Source of the DNA: an uncultured Bacilli bacterium
GTDB lineage: Bacteria > Bacillota_I > Bacilli_A > RF39 > UBA660
Direction of reading: 5' to 3'
Assembly (NCBI GenBank): GCA_947628785.1
Contig: CANRBE010000003.1
Coordinates: 1-44,308, forward strand
Length of the DNA stretch: 44,308 bases
A model generated the notes under the pieces. It was not told the origin of the DNA. It saw only the letters and a program-made list of their open reading frames with translations, and ran no database searches. This document shows, in pieces, positions 28,529-39,066 of this stretch. Position 1 is the first letter of the stretch; every line of letters begins with the position of its first letter. The position numbers and the translations under genes were made by a program.

Positions 28529-29583
28529 AAATGCCACCATTTTTTATTTTGACTAACTTTTTTTTGATAATATATATTTTCGGTATGGATTTTATCTTCA
28601 CCTAAATATACTTCGACATTTCCAACTTTCATATTATTTTTAAAAGTACGTTTTTTTTCCAAATTTATTTTTAATATAATACTGTTTTTTTCATTGTTTA
28701 ATAAAGTATAATAGAAATTGTTTTTTAAATATAATGAGTTATTATAATAAGTATCATTTAAAACTTCAAAAGGACCTTTTTTTAAAATCTGATAGGTTTT
28801 AAAATTATCAAAACCATACTCAAATAAATTTTCATGGTCTACCCAGTCATTACCATCATTTAAAGTAACAACTACTAAATGCATTCCTCCCTTACTAGCG
28901 GTTGTTACTAAAGTCCTTTTAGCTTTTTTGGTAAAACCTGTCTTACCACCATCGGTATAGATATATTTAGATAAGAGTTTATTTTTATTAGTCCAAGAAT
29001 AAGTATTTTTATTAGTTTTTAAAGTATACTTTTTTGTTTTTTCAATTTTTCTAAATTTTTCATTTTGATAAGCATATTTCATTAACAAGGCCATATCATA
29101 AGCAGTAGAATAGTTTCCTAAATCAGTATCATCTAAACCACTAGGATTATTAAATTTAGAGTTATTCATATTAAGTTCCTTAGCTTTTTTATTCATCAAG
29201 CTAACAAATTTTTTAATACTACCAGAGGTATGATAAGCTAAGGCTAAAGCGGCATCATTACCACTTCTTAAAAGTAGACCATATAATAAGTCTTCAATAG
29301 TCATTTTCTCGCCTTTTTTAATATAAATACCAGAACCATGAGCTTTATCTATTTCATTTCCTATGGTTACTTGTTTTTTTATATCGACATTTTCTAAAAC
29401 AACAACAGCAGTCATTATTTTAGATATACTAGCAATACTTCTTTGGCTGTCAATGTTTTTAGAATACATTACTCTTCCACTATCAATATCCATTAAAATA
29501 GCTGATTGAGCACTTGTTTCTATAGCTTTTACTAAACTACTACCAACTAAAAAACAACATAAAAAAAGTATTAGTTTTTTCAC
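28522..29583 (-). CDS. dacB: D-alanyl-D-alanine carboxypeptidase (sporulation DacB)
   Basis: SISK, SGN, KTG motifs; dacB-spmA-spmB order; likely GTG start at 29583 after AGGTGA. Confidence 0.9.
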   Translation of the reverse strand: MKKLILFLCCFLVGSSLVKAIETSAQSAILMDIDSGRVMYSKNIDSQRSIASISKIMTAVVVLENVDIKKQVTIGNEIDKAHGSGIYIKKGEKMTIEDLLYGLLLRSGNDAALALAYHTSGSIKKFVSLMNKKAKELNMNNSKFNNPSGLDDTDLGNYSTAYDMALLMKYAYQNEKFRKIEKTKKYTLKTNKNTYSWTNKNKLLSKYIYTDGGKTGFTKKAKRTLVTTASKGGMHLVVVTLNDGNDWVDHENLFEYGFDNFKTYQILKKGPFEVLNDTYYNNSLYLKNNFYYTLLNNEKNSIILKINLEKKRTFKNNMKVGNVEVYLGEDKIHTENIYYQKKVSQNKKWWHLW

Positions 29584-29698
29584 TTTATCACCTAATACAT
29601 TATATATTATTATGGACAAATTATGATAAACTTACTTTCTTATCTTTACTTAATAAATTAACAGTGTTATAATTTTTATAGAATAGGAAGGTGACTTT

Positions 29699-30367
29699 AT
29701 GGAAGAAAAGAAAAATACAGGTGGTAAATTTGTTATTGGTCTAGCCTTATTGTTAGTTGGTGTATTAATAGGAATAATAATATTTTATTTTTGGAATGAA
29801 AAAAATAAAACAACCAGTGATAATAATTTAACAATTACTCAAGATAAAGAAAGTGATAATTATATTAAAGAAACTGAGGATGAAGTTTTAATATTTAGAA
29901 CCAATGAATATGAATTATATGCTGTTTTATCAGTTCAAAATGGCTCTGTTACTGCAACTACTAAAAAGTATATTGAAGATAAGACAAATACTGATACCAG
30001 TAAAATAAATTACATTGTTGATACTACTTATAAAAGCCAAAGTAAAAATATTAATATCAATGGTGAAAAAGTAAAATATATTCATAATTTTTATGACCAA
30101 CCAGGAGCTACTAACGTTATTTATGTTTTAACAGAAAGTGGAAATGTTTATACAAATACTTTTGTAATTCCTAATAAAGAAGATTTTAGTGTTGTTGATA
30201 AATTTGAAAAAACAAAATATACTAATGTCAAAGAATTAGTTAAGGTTAAAAACGACAATTATCAAAAAGAAGAAGAAATTTCTGGATTGATTGACCCGAT
30301 TGAATATTATATTCACGTTTTAACTAATGATAACAAATTAAGTGCTGATAAAATTGGAAATTATTAA
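29699..30367 (+). CDS. Hypothetical membrane-anchored protein
   Basis: Single N-terminal TM and a polar beta-rich ectodomain. Confidence 0.65.
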   Translation: MEEKKNTGGKFVIGLALLLVGVLIGIIIFYFWNEKNKTTSDNNLTITQDKESDNYIKETEDEVLIFRTNEYELYAVLSVQNGSVTATTKKYIEDKTNTDTSKINYIVDTTYKSQSKNININGEKVKYIHNFYDQPGATNVIYVLTESGNVYTNTFVIPNKEDFSVVDKFEKTKYTNVKELVKVKNDNYQKEEEISGLIDPIEYYIHVLTNDNKLSADKIGNY

Positions 30368-30391
30368 AAGATGTCTTGGACATCTTTTTTT
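30366..30391. terminator. Bidirectional terminator
   Basis: AAAAGATGTC-TTG-GACATCTTTT between convergent genes. Confidence 0.75.
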
Positions 30392-30935
30392 AATATACAT
30401 AAGTTCCATGTATTTTACTTTCATCAGTATCACTTAATTCATCTATTACCCAACCTTTACTAGTTTTAGACAAACTAAAATCGATTGTATATTTAACTGT
30501 TGTGTCAACTTTTTTTAATTTATCTAATCGATAATTATTAAATAAAGTAATGTCATATTCACCAGATGCATTATTAAATTCAGCAGGATTTTTTTCTAAA
30601 TATTCATCAGCATTTTGAAGTTCTTTAGAATAATCATATACTTCTATACTAGTTGTAACCAAAGCTTTATCACCATCAATCATATCATCTTTTATTTCGT
30701 ATTTTAAATTTTGATAATGTCTTTTCATAAGTTCAAGGTAATCATTTTTTTGTTGGTCAGTATAGTCTTCTTTTTTTATTACTTCATCTAATTGAGTCAT
30801 TACTTCATCATCTAGTGTTTGATAATTTTTCAAGTATTGTTCAACTACTTCTTTAGGAGTTTTTTCACTTAATTTAGTATTGCCACATCCAACTAATAAA
30901 AGTACACATAATGATACTATCAATATTTTTTTCAT
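30390..30935 (-). CDS. Lipoprotein of unknown function (NTF2-like)
   Basis: Lipobox LVGC; P.EVVEQYL, I.GDKA.V, L.K...GW.I pattern. Confidence 0.75.
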   Translation of the reverse strand: MKKILIVSLCVLLLVGCGNTKLSEKTPKEVVEQYLKNYQTLDDEVMTQLDEVIKKEDYTDQQKNDYLELMKRHYQNLKYEIKDDMIDGDKALVTTSIEVYDYSKELQNADEYLEKNPAEFNNASGEYDITLFNNYRLDKLKKVDTTVKYTIDFSLSKTSKGWVIDELSDTDESKIHGTYVY

Positions 30936-30951
30936 ATTTACCTCCTGTTAT

Positions 30952-30980
30952 TAATTTGATACAAATTAATAAATATATAC
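30952..30980 (-). promoter_or_regulatory. SigmaG-type promoter of the lipoprotein gene
   Basis: GTATA-17 nt-CAAATTA, same geometry as the spoVA promoter. Confidence 0.5.
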
Positions 30981-31607
30981 CTAAGAAGTTAATTTGAAAA
31001 AAGAAAGTAATTTTTCGGATATAAAATCAAAGTTATAATTCAATTCTTGATAAAATCTATTTATTATTTTATCTCTGGATTTTTCTTCTTCTAGAAAACA
31101 TTCAAAATATAGATATTGTAGTTCGATTATATCTCCCTTCTCTAGTTTTTTTAATTCATTTTTTAAATATTTTTCTAATTTCATTTCTTTTCTAGTTTTA
31201 TACATTTGGATATATCTTTTTTTGTTTTTTTGGTATTTTATTTCTACTTCTTTTAGTTTACTTACTTCTTCTAATACTTCTAGTTCTTCTTCTATTAACA
31301 ATCTACTTATTTTATTGTTATCTTTTTTTACTATTAAAGCTATAGCTTCATATCCATCACTTAGTATAAATGAATGTTTTAAAAAAACTATTTGTTTACT
31401 TTGAAATATTTCTGTTTTTCGATCAACTGTATCTAAAAAGGTACTATCAAAAGTAACTATATATTGTTTTATATCTTCTAAGGTTTTACTTGACACTTTT
31501 ATAAGTGGTATTTTTCTAATATGAATAATGGTATCTTTAATATTCCAATCATAAAATTCATATAAATCTTGTTTAAAATTTAACATAATATCATATATAT
31601 AACTCAT
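30981..31607 (-). CDS. DUF3603 (YjbA-like) family protein
   Basis: M.YIYDI..NF....YEFYDW...D.I.HIRKIPL..V and SRLL.EEE; ATG 31607 after AGAGGAG. Confidence 0.7.
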   Translation of the reverse strand: MSYIYDIMLNFKQDLYEFYDWNIKDTIIHIRKIPLIKVSSKTLEDIKQYIVTFDSTFLDTVDRKTEIFQSKQIVFLKHSFILSDGYEAIALIVKKDNNKISRLLIEEELEVLEEVSKLKEVEIKYQKNKKRYIQMYKTRKEMKLEKYLKNELKKLEKGDIIELQYLYFECFLEEEKSRDKIINRFYQELNYNFDFISEKLLSFFKLTS

Positions 31608-31815
31608 TTTTTTCTCCTCTTTTCCAATATAATGATAAAACAATAAAGATAAATCCCCACAAAGTATTTAAACATTCTTTCCTTCTAATTATAAAATTAA
31701 CATATTCTAAAAAATTATACCCAATTGTTAGTAAATTTAAGTAACTTATAACATATAAAAGACCAATAGTTGCTAAACCAAAGCCAAATAAAAAGGAAAA
31801 AATTCTAAGGCCCAT
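31591..31815 (-). CDS. Small conserved-looking membrane protein
   Basis: 74 aa, FGFGL...G....ISYLNLLTIGY; SD AGGTGA; overlaps the next gene start. Confidence 0.7.
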   Translation of the reverse strand: MGLRIFSFLFGFGLATIGLLYVISYLNLLTIGYNFLEYVNFIIRRKECLNTLWGFIFIVLSLYWKRGEKNELYI

Positions 31816-31900
31816 ATTATCACCTATCTAATTTTATTTTGTTTTTATAAATTTATTTATTATTTTTTAAAAAAAGTGTATAATGTATTAAGGTGATAAA

Positions 31901-32719
31901 ATGTCAATACTTATAAGTTTTATTATTTTAGGAATTGTTCAAGGTTTTATGGAAGCAATACCTGTTTCTTCTAGTGGACATTTACTTATAGCTGAACATT
32001 TAATTGATTTAAACTTAACATCGGTTCAATTGGAAACGCTAGCTGTTATTACTAATTTAGGAAGTTTAATAGCTGTTATTATATTGTTTAGAAAAGATAT
32101 TATTAGTTTAATTCATGATTTTTTTGCTTATTTTAAAACTGGTGATAAAAAGTATCAAGCCAATACCAAGTATTGTTTATGGCTTATTGTAGCTACTATT
32201 CCAGCTGGTATTACAGGACTTATTGTTACTAAGTTAGGTCTTTTTGACTTTTTAGAAAAAAATGTTAAGTTTATTGGTTTAATGCTTTTAGTTACTTCTT
32301 TGTTTTTATTTATTATTAAAGATTTTAAAGGATATAAAAATAAAGAAAAAATTACTTTTTTAGATGCTTTAATTATTGGGTTGTTTCAAATGGTAGCTTT
32401 AATACCTGGTATTAGTAGAAGTGGTTCTACAATAGTTGGTAGTATGTTTAGAAATTTAGATAGAGAAACTTCTTTTGATTTTTCATTTTTACTTTTTATC
32501 CCAATTAGTATAGCTACTAGTTTGTTAGGTATTAAAGATTTAATTAGTTTAAAATTAAGTACTACTATGTTAATGTATTATGGTCTAGCTATGATTATTG
32601 CTTGTGTTGTTACTTATTTTAGTATGAAATTATTCAAAAAGATTATGATTAATGGTAAACTTATATATTTTGTTATTTATTGTTTAATTGTTGGCATTTC
32701 AGTTGTTTTATTTTTATAG
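31901..32719 (+). CDS. uppP: Undecaprenyl-diphosphate phosphatase
   Basis: VQGFMEAIPVSSSGH and PGISRSGST motifs. Confidence 0.95.
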   Translation: MSILISFIILGIVQGFMEAIPVSSSGHLLIAEHLIDLNLTSVQLETLAVITNLGSLIAVIILFRKDIISLIHDFFAYFKTGDKKYQANTKYCLWLIVATIPAGITGLIVTKLGLFDFLEKNVKFIGLMLLVTSLFLFIIKDFKGYKNKEKITFLDALIIGLFQMVALIPGISRSGSTIVGSMFRNLDRETSFDFSFLLFIPISIATSLLGIKDLISLKLSTTMLMYYGLAMIIACVVTYFSMKLFKKIMINGKLIYFVIYCLIVGISVVLFL

Positions 32720-32722
32720 TTT

Positions 32723-32753
32723 AAAAAAAAGTTCAAAATTTCTTGAACTTTTT
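32723..32753. terminator. Bidirectional terminator
   Basis: AAAAAGTTCAA...TTGAACTTTTT between convergent genes. Confidence 0.75.
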
Positions 32754-32762
32754 ATTTGTTTA

Positions 32763-34982
32763 TTATGAAGTAATTAAGCTGTATTCATCACCTTTTAAAC
32801 CTGATTCTTGACCTAGTTTTACATTTGGTTTTAATGTTATGACTGGACGTACACCCAAAGAAAAGTCATGACCTTCATTCCATCTTGTATATGAACCCAC
32901 AAAATAGTACAAACTACTATATGCACCAGATGCTAACCAATAACTATCTCCTATATTTATTAATTGAGTATATCTTCCACAGTACAAAATATCCTGTTTA
33001 AAACAATTCCCCGTCTCACCTTTTGAAGATACATCAAACAAGGAATAGGAATTATTTCCATTTTCTTCATAAAGAATTATATTTACATCGTCACTATCCA
33101 TATAATGAATACTTTCGGTCAATTCATTATTTCCGTATTTGGTCCAGGCTTTTCCTTCTCCTTCATCGCTAATTGATGTAACTTTTTTTAAATCACTTTT
33201 AGTTTCCTTAATTTTATACTTTGTATAATGGTAACATTCTGGGGTTCCTCCATGAATTAACGTGATTTGACCCGTGTCTTTATCAATATTCATAATTCTC
33301 CAGCCACTATATTTTGCATCCCCTATAGTTTCACTTTTACTCTTTCCATTGGCCGAACCCAGTACATTTCCTTCAGCATCTTTATTAGTATCATATATGT
33401 TAAATGTTCCTTGAGTTTGTACATCTGTTTCTTCTACTCCATCTCTTGTTGCATCCCAAGTGGCATTATCTGGAATATAATTAACATAACATCCTATTGG
33501 TGTATTATTTAACTCTACCATTTCACTAACTTTTTTTCCATTTACTCCTATCATTTCACAAATAATTTTTCCTTTTCCTTCTCTTGTTTCAATAGGGTCT
33601 GGCTTTGTACAATTAGTAGTTCCTTCCCCACTTGGTCCCCATTTAAATTTAAAATAATTTTCCAGCTTTGAATCTATTTGACATTTCTTTGGACTTGATG
33701 AAGATATTATACTTGGTCCAGTATCTACATGATAAACATCACTACATACTACACTAGATTTCACTCCTGTTGTACTTATTGCTTGATAACATACTTTTTG
33801 ATAATTTGAACTGCTTGATAATACTAAACTACTTCCATCTTCTACTATATTATCTTCTGAATTAGTTGGAGTGCAAATTGATACATCTACTGAAGAACGA
33901 GCTGATAGACACCTATATAACTTAACTGAACTTTTACCTTTCTTAGTTATTGTTCCTTTGATACTTGCCATTATTACCCAACCATTTTCGCCCTCCACTA
34001 CTGCAGGCTCTACTGTTATCTCTGGTACTACTGAATCTACCTCTATTACATTATAAGTAACAACCTTTTCATTAACTCCATCACTTACCTTAGCACTTAC
34101 ACTTCCTTCACTTGTATAATATATATATTTGTATCTACTTGTTGTAGTTAGCCATGTTCCTTTTTCATCAGTTCCTGTTATTTCCCCACTATTTATTTTG
34201 TATTGATAACTTAAATTATTTCCACTTGGATATGTTATTGTTACTGTTTTTTGACTTTGCCATCCTGTTTTATTCACTGTTATTTTTGGTGCTGGTAATT
34301 CATCTGTTTTTATATTTAATGTTCTACTTGTTTTTAACCCCTTACTATTTTCTACTACTATCTTTATTTTATAATTTATATTATCTTTTAAATTAGTAAA
34401 TTCATATACATTACTATCTATACTTTGTTTTAACTCTCCATTTAAATAATAATAATATTTTACTATGTCATTCTTATCATCATGAGCTGTTACGGTTGTT
34501 GTTATTGATTTGGTTGTTTTAGATGTATTTATATTATCTATTACTGGATGTGATACATTACTTTCTTCTAAGTTTCCTTCAAAGACATGTTCTTCTCCAT
34601 CTGGATCTATATCTACGGTATTATCTCCATCACTTACTGTTATACTTACATAATCTCTACATACTTCCATTTCACCTTCAATTGGTAAATCTCCTCTTAA
34701 TGTTAATTCTTCTATTGGAACATATAACTTATTATTTACTAATGTATCTATTTGATAATCTTCTCCAAAGTCAAAATAAACACATTTTTTACTTTTATTT
34801 CTTAAATCTGCTAATCTATATTCATTTCCTGATTTTACTATTTGTCTTACTGATACCAAAAAAGATTTAGCTTTACTTTCTCTTATAATTCTAAACATAT
34901 TTGGGGCTGCTATCATAAATATTATTGCTAAAAGTACAAAAACAGCTAACAATTCTACTAATGTAAATCCCTTTTTAATCAT
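32763..34982 (-). CDS. Large prepilin-type N-terminal cleavage/methylation protein with FN3/Ig-like domains and a C-terminal GVRPV (DUF6273/CLec-like) domain
   Basis: KKG-FTLVELLAV class III signal; YEFTNLK..INYKIKI; WRIM, YWLAS, GVRPVITLK. Confidence 0.8.
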   Translation of the reverse strand: MIKKGFTLVELLAVFVLLAIIFMIAAPNMFRIIRESKAKSFLVSVRQIVKSGNEYRLADLRNKSKKCVYFDFGEDYQIDTLVNNKLYVPIEELTLRGDLPIEGEMEVCRDYVSITVSDGDNTVDIDPDGEEHVFEGNLEESNVSHPVIDNINTSKTTKSITTTVTAHDDKNDIVKYYYYLNGELKQSIDSNVYEFTNLKDNINYKIKIVVENSKGLKTSRTLNIKTDELPAPKITVNKTGWQSQKTVTITYPSGNNLSYQYKINSGEITGTDEKGTWLTTTSRYKYIYYTSEGSVSAKVSDGVNEKVVTYNVIEVDSVVPEITVEPAVVEGENGWVIMASIKGTITKKGKSSVKLYRCLSARSSVDVSICTPTNSEDNIVEDGSSLVLSSSSNYQKVCYQAISTTGVKSSVVCSDVYHVDTGPSIISSSSPKKCQIDSKLENYFKFKWGPSGEGTTNCTKPDPIETREGKGKIICEMIGVNGKKVSEMVELNNTPIGCYVNYIPDNATWDATRDGVEETDVQTQGTFNIYDTNKDAEGNVLGSANGKSKSETIGDAKYSGWRIMNIDKDTGQITLIHGGTPECYHYTKYKIKETKSDLKKVTSISDEGEGKAWTKYGNNELTESIHYMDSDDVNIILYEENGNNSYSLFDVSSKGETGNCFKQDILYCGRYTQLINIGDSYWLASGAYSSLYYFVGSYTRWNEGHDFSLGVRPVITLKPNVKLGQESGLKGDEYSLITS

Positions 34983-35196
34983 AATATACCTTACTCCTTA
35001 CATCACTTACCTTAAGTACATAATCAGTAGTTGTTTCATAATACTTAGCTATTTTTATAACTATATCTATTGGTACCTTCCTTTTTCCAAGTTCATAGTT
35101 GTTGTAATATTTCTTAGTAATTCCTAAATACTTAGCTAAATCCTCTTGATTTTTACCTTCTTGTAACCTTAACATCCTAAGCCTATATATTGTCAT
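34975..35196 (-). CDS. XRE-family HTH regulator
   Basis: RLRMLR...NQEDLAKYLGI....YNNYELGKR; stop overlaps the pilin start. Confidence 0.88.
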   Translation of the reverse strand: MTIYRLRMLRLQEGKNQEDLAKYLGITKKYYNNYELGKRKVPIDIVIKIAKYYETTTDYVLKVSDVRSKVYYD

Positions 35197-35431
35197 AAAA
35201 AATTACACCTTCCTTTCCACACAAAAACAAATAATTTATTACTACTAGGATAAAGACATTAAAAATAAATTAACTAAATAAAACAATTCAACAAAAACAA
35301 ACCATTTAAATAATTAAAAAATTCATAATATCCTCACCTACTATATACATTATATCACATTTGCTCGTATTTTCTTGTATGAAAATTAAAAAAAATTTAA
35401 TTAATGGGAAAATTATAACGGTGAACAGCTT

Positions 35432-35887
35432 ATGCCATGGAAAAGATTACGTGATTTAAGAGAAGATAGGGACCTATATCAAAAAGATTTGTCCCAAAAA
35501 TTAAAAGTCAGCCAACAAAGCTATTCCTTATGGGAAGTTGGAGATAATATCATACCTTTAAAATATTTAAATACCTTAAGTAACTTCTATAATGTTTCAA
35601 TAGACTATATTTTAAGTTTGACTAACACTAAAAAATATTCTGACAACATAGAAATAGAAGAAATAAATAAAAAAGAAATTGGAAAAAAAATAAAAGAACT
35701 AAGAAAAGAAAATAAACTTACCTTAAGAGATTTAGCCAAAGAATTAAACACTACTTCATCAACTATATCAGCCTATGAAACAGGTAAAACACTAATACTT
35801 ACAGCTTTTGCTTATCAGATATGTAAAAAATATAATATATCATTAGACTATTTATGTGGTAAAACAAACCACAAAAAACTAAAATAA
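35432..35887 (+). CDS. Tandem double XRE-HTH regulator
   Basis: Two HTH units (LRDLRED..YQKDL..; IKELRKE..LTLRDLA..ISAYETG), each ending S.DY. Confidence 0.88.
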   Translation: MPWKRLRDLREDRDLYQKDLSQKLKVSQQSYSLWEVGDNIIPLKYLNTLSNFYNVSIDYILSLTNTKKYSDNIEIEEINKKEIGKKIKELRKENKLTLRDLAKELNTTSSTISAYETGKTLILTAFAYQICKKYNISLDYLCGKTNHKKLK

Positions 35888-35911
35888 AAATACCGTAACA
35901 ACGATATTTTT

Positions 35912-37105
35912 TTATGCACAATTTAAAACCTTTATACTAGAATCATACTTCGTAACTATACTTTTATACTCATCATAAATAGATTGATAATTAGGTAAAA
36001 AATCCTTTATCTTTTCATTTGAAAAAGGTACTACCTTAAAATCTTTATAATTCTTATAATAAGTAAAAGTAAGTTCATTACTAACATTATCTATCTTAAT
36101 AGAAGTTTTTTTATTATCAACTGTTTTAACAATATCTAAACTAGTCATTAAACCTATTAACTTCTTATAATTACCAACACTATCTTGAGCTGAAATAAAA
36201 TTACCTAACGAATAAATGACTAAAGTATCATCAATAAATTCAATTGGTTGAATAACATGAGGATGAGTACCTATTATAATATCAACACCATTAGCCGCTA
36301 AAAAGTTAGCCATATCAACTTCATAATCTATCGGAGTATGAGTATATTCATTTCCCCAGTGCATAGCAACAATCAAAACATCCACTTTATCTCTTAGTCT
36401 AGCTATATCTTCTTTTACAACCTCTTTATACTTTTGATACTCCATATCCTCTTTTGGATTATTTATTTTATAACTAGTTGGCCACACATTAACTAAATAA
36501 TCACTCCCCTTAGGAACACTTATTCCATTTGTTCCATAAGTATAATTAAGCATAGTATAACTAATATTATTAACTTCTTTAATATTTATTTTATTTCTAT
36601 CTTCAAATGATATATAACTACCAGAAGTAAGAACATCCTTATCTTTCCAATAATCATGAGAAAGTAAAACAGCCTTCTTTCCTCTATCCATAGTATGATT
36701 AGTTGCTAAAGATACTAAATTAAATCCAGCATCTATCATAGCATCTCCAACTTCAAAAGGTGAATTAAAAGTAGGATAATCACTTAAACCAATACTAGTT
36801 CCTCCAAGTATTGTTTCTTGATTATAATAGGCAATATCATATTTACTAACAATTGGTTTAATTAATTCATACATCGGTTTAAAATCATATCCTTGATAAT
36901 TCATATTCCTATTTGCATCTTTATAAATACTAGAATGAATTAAATTATCACCAACAGCTATTAAAGAAGCTTTATAAGTTTTTACTTCATTTTTTACTTC
37001 ATCTTTATACTTATAATTATTTTTACAAAAATAAAAAATATTAAATAAAAACAAAACTATCAACAATAAACCAAACATAAAAAATAACTTTTTAGCTAAA
37101 CTCAT
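35912..37105 (-). CDS. CapA family metallophosphoesterase-like protein
   Basis: VGDNLIH, NQET, ATNHTMD, MHWGNE, GTHPHV, YSLGNF. Confidence 0.92.
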   Translation of the reverse strand: MSLAKKLFFMFGLLLIVLFLFNIFYFCKNNYKYKDEVKNEVKTYKASLIAVGDNLIHSSIYKDANRNMNYQGYDFKPMYELIKPIVSKYDIAYYNQETILGGTSIGLSDYPTFNSPFEVGDAMIDAGFNLVSLATNHTMDRGKKAVLLSHDYWKDKDVLTSGSYISFEDRNKINIKEVNNISYTMLNYTYGTNGISVPKGSDYLVNVWPTSYKINNPKEDMEYQKYKEVVKEDIARLRDKVDVLIVAMHWGNEYTHTPIDYEVDMANFLAANGVDIIIGTHPHVIQPIEFIDDTLVIYSLGNFISAQDSVGNYKKLIGLMTSLDIVKTVDNKKTSIKIDNVSNELTFTYYKNYKDFKVVPFSNEKIKDFLPNYQSIYDEYKSIVTKYDSSIKVLNCA

Positions 37106-37134
37106 AAGATACCTCTTTACTTCTTAATTATTAT

Positions 37135-38118
37135 TTATATAACACTAAATCTTACCAAATAAGAAACATTAGTGGGTAAAAATAATTCTACTTCACAATC
37201 TTCCATAAATTTAATAAATCCAAGTCCATTAATTAAAATATCATGTCTAGCTTTAACAAAAACCTTATGACATACTAAATCACTTGGAACTTTATCTTTA
37301 AAAAAACGTTCAATTTTTAAATTGTTTGATAGATAAAAAACAATATTATTTTTTTCTTTTATTTTAAGATAAAGAAAATCATCTATTTTAAAACTTTGAG
37401 GAGTTTTTATTTGATAAACAATTGGTTTAATTCTTTTTTTGGGTACTATTTTTTTAAAAACATCTTCATTTACTTTATCTAATAAACTATTTTTTACAAG
37501 TATTCCAGGGGTATCTATAAAAGAAAAACTATCATTTACTTTTATTTCAATAGTATTTAAAGTAGTTGATGGTAAATTAGAAGTTGTAATAAACTGTAAA
37601 TTATCTGAATAAAGTTTTAAAAAATTATTGATTAATGTCGATTTACCCGCATTTGTATAACCTACTACATAAACATATTGACTTTTTTTATATTTTAAAA
37701 TCAAATCATATAGTTCATCAAAATGATAATTGTTTTTACTACTAATAATTATCTTATCTAAAAAATCAAGTCCCAAATTGTCAAAATAACTTAATATTTT
37801 ATCTTCATATAACTTTTCTGGTAATAAATCTCTTTTAGTTAAAACTAATAAAACATTAGAATTTAAATAAGGTTTTAAATTAACTAAATCATATATTTGA
37901 AACAAATCAACCACTAATAAAGTCAAATCATTTTTACTTTTTATTTCTTTTAAAATAGATATATAATAATCATTATCTTTTTCTATTAATTGATAGTCAT
38001 TATAATGTCTTATTCTAAAACATCGATTACAAAGAGGATTATCTAAATTAGTAGTATATCCTTCTTTTAGCTTATCGACATTTTGTAATAAAGCTCCACA
38101 TCCCTCACATTTATTCAT
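37135..38118 (-). CDS. yqeH: Ribosome biogenesis GTPase YqeH
   Basis: CxGC..CxRC zinc finger, TKRD, GYTNAGKS, PSTT, DTPG; follows yqeG. Confidence 0.92.
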   Translation of the reverse strand: MNKCEGCGALLQNVDKLKEGYTTNLDNPLCNRCFRIRHYNDYQLIEKDNDYYISILKEIKSKNDLTLLVVDLFQIYDLVNLKPYLNSNVLLVLTKRDLLPEKLYEDKILSYFDNLGLDFLDKIIISSKNNYHFDELYDLILKYKKSQYVYVVGYTNAGKSTLINNFLKLYSDNLQFITTSNLPSTTLNTIEIKVNDSFSFIDTPGILVKNSLLDKVNEDVFKKIVPKKRIKPIVYQIKTPQSFKIDDFLYLKIKEKNNIVFYLSNNLKIERFFKDKVPSDLVCHKVFVKARHDILINGLGFIKFMEDCEVELFLPTNVSYLVRFSVI

Positions 38119-38626
38119 AATACTTTCCTTTCTCAAAGCCACACTTTTGTAATTTCCTAAAACATATTTTTTCTAAAAATCTATTTATTTTAGTTATTTT
38201 AAAATCCTTTTTAGTTAAAGGGTCAACTAAAATAGTTTTAATAGAAACTTTTTTTCCACCTAAAATATCAGTAAACAATTGGTCTCCAATAATAACTGCT
38301 TCTTCATTTGAGACTTGATTAATTTTAATAGCTTTTTTAAAAGAACAAGTTAAAGGTTTTCTCGCAAAAGATATATAAGAAATATTTAAACTATTAGCTA
38401 TTAAACTAACTCTTTTATTTAGACTGTTAGAAACTATCATCACTTTAAAATCTTTATTTAATTTATCAAATAATTCCTTTGTCTTTAAAGAGACTATATC
38501 TTCACTAATAGGAATTATGGTATTATCTAAATCAAAAAGTAACAATTTAATTCCTTTATTTTTTAAAGTAGAGTATGAAATGTCAAAAATATTTTTTCGA
38601 TAAATATCTGGTTTAAAAGAACTCAT
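38111..38626 (-). CDS. yqeG: YqeG family HAD IIIA phosphatase
   Basis: DLDNT, VSN, ARKP, IGDQLFTDILGG. Confidence 0.92.
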   Translation of the reverse strand: MSSFKPDIYRKNIFDISYSTLKNKGIKLLLFDLDNTIIPISEDIVSLKTKELFDKLNKDFKVMIVSNSLNKRVSLIANSLNISYISFARKPLTCSFKKAIKINQVSNEEAVIIGDQLFTDILGGKKVSIKTILVDPLTKKDFKITKINRFLEKICFRKLQKCGFEKGKYYE

Positions 38627-38745
38627 AGTTCACCTCAAATTTATTTTATCATAAAGACATTTTTTATTCAAACAGCACCTCAACTATTCATTGAGGCTTA
38701 GCCTTTATAAAACATGAGAAAATGTTTATGTGAGAGGTATGATGT

Positions 38746-39003
38746 ATGCAGTATAGTAGAGAAGATGAAAACTATGTATATTATTTAGTTAGTAAAAATA
38801 TTAAAAAATATCGAAAACAAAAAGGACTAACTCAAAGACAGTTAGCCCAAATTTGTAATTATTGTGAGGGTTTTATCATGAATATAGAAAGTAATTATCA
38901 TCAAACATTTTCTTTAGGAACCGTATGGAGAATTGCTCAAAAATTAGATATTGATATAAAAGAGTTATTTAATGAAGTTGACGACTTTGAATTTTCTAAA
39001 TAA
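38746..39003 (+). CDS. XRE-family HTH regulator
   Basis: NIKKYRKQKGLTQRQLA...IE....SL..V.RIA..L. Confidence 0.85.
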   Translation: MQYSREDENYVYYLVSKNIKKYRKQKGLTQRQLAQICNYCEGFIMNIESNYHQTFSLGTVWRIAQKLDIDIKELFNEVDDFEFSK

Positions 39004-39066
39004 TTGATAATTTTAAAATATGTTTACCTAAGTTATTTCTTCGCATATAATAATTTAGGTGATTTT

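Noticed and set aside
35306-35340. SD and ATG on the minus strand between the XRE genes
   Set aside because: Only six codons (MNFLII) and no clean downstream frame; cannot tell leader peptide from decay
34975-39003. Three XRE regulators as a prophage remnant
   Set aside because: No integrase, structural or replication genes; flanks are chromosomal housekeeping genes
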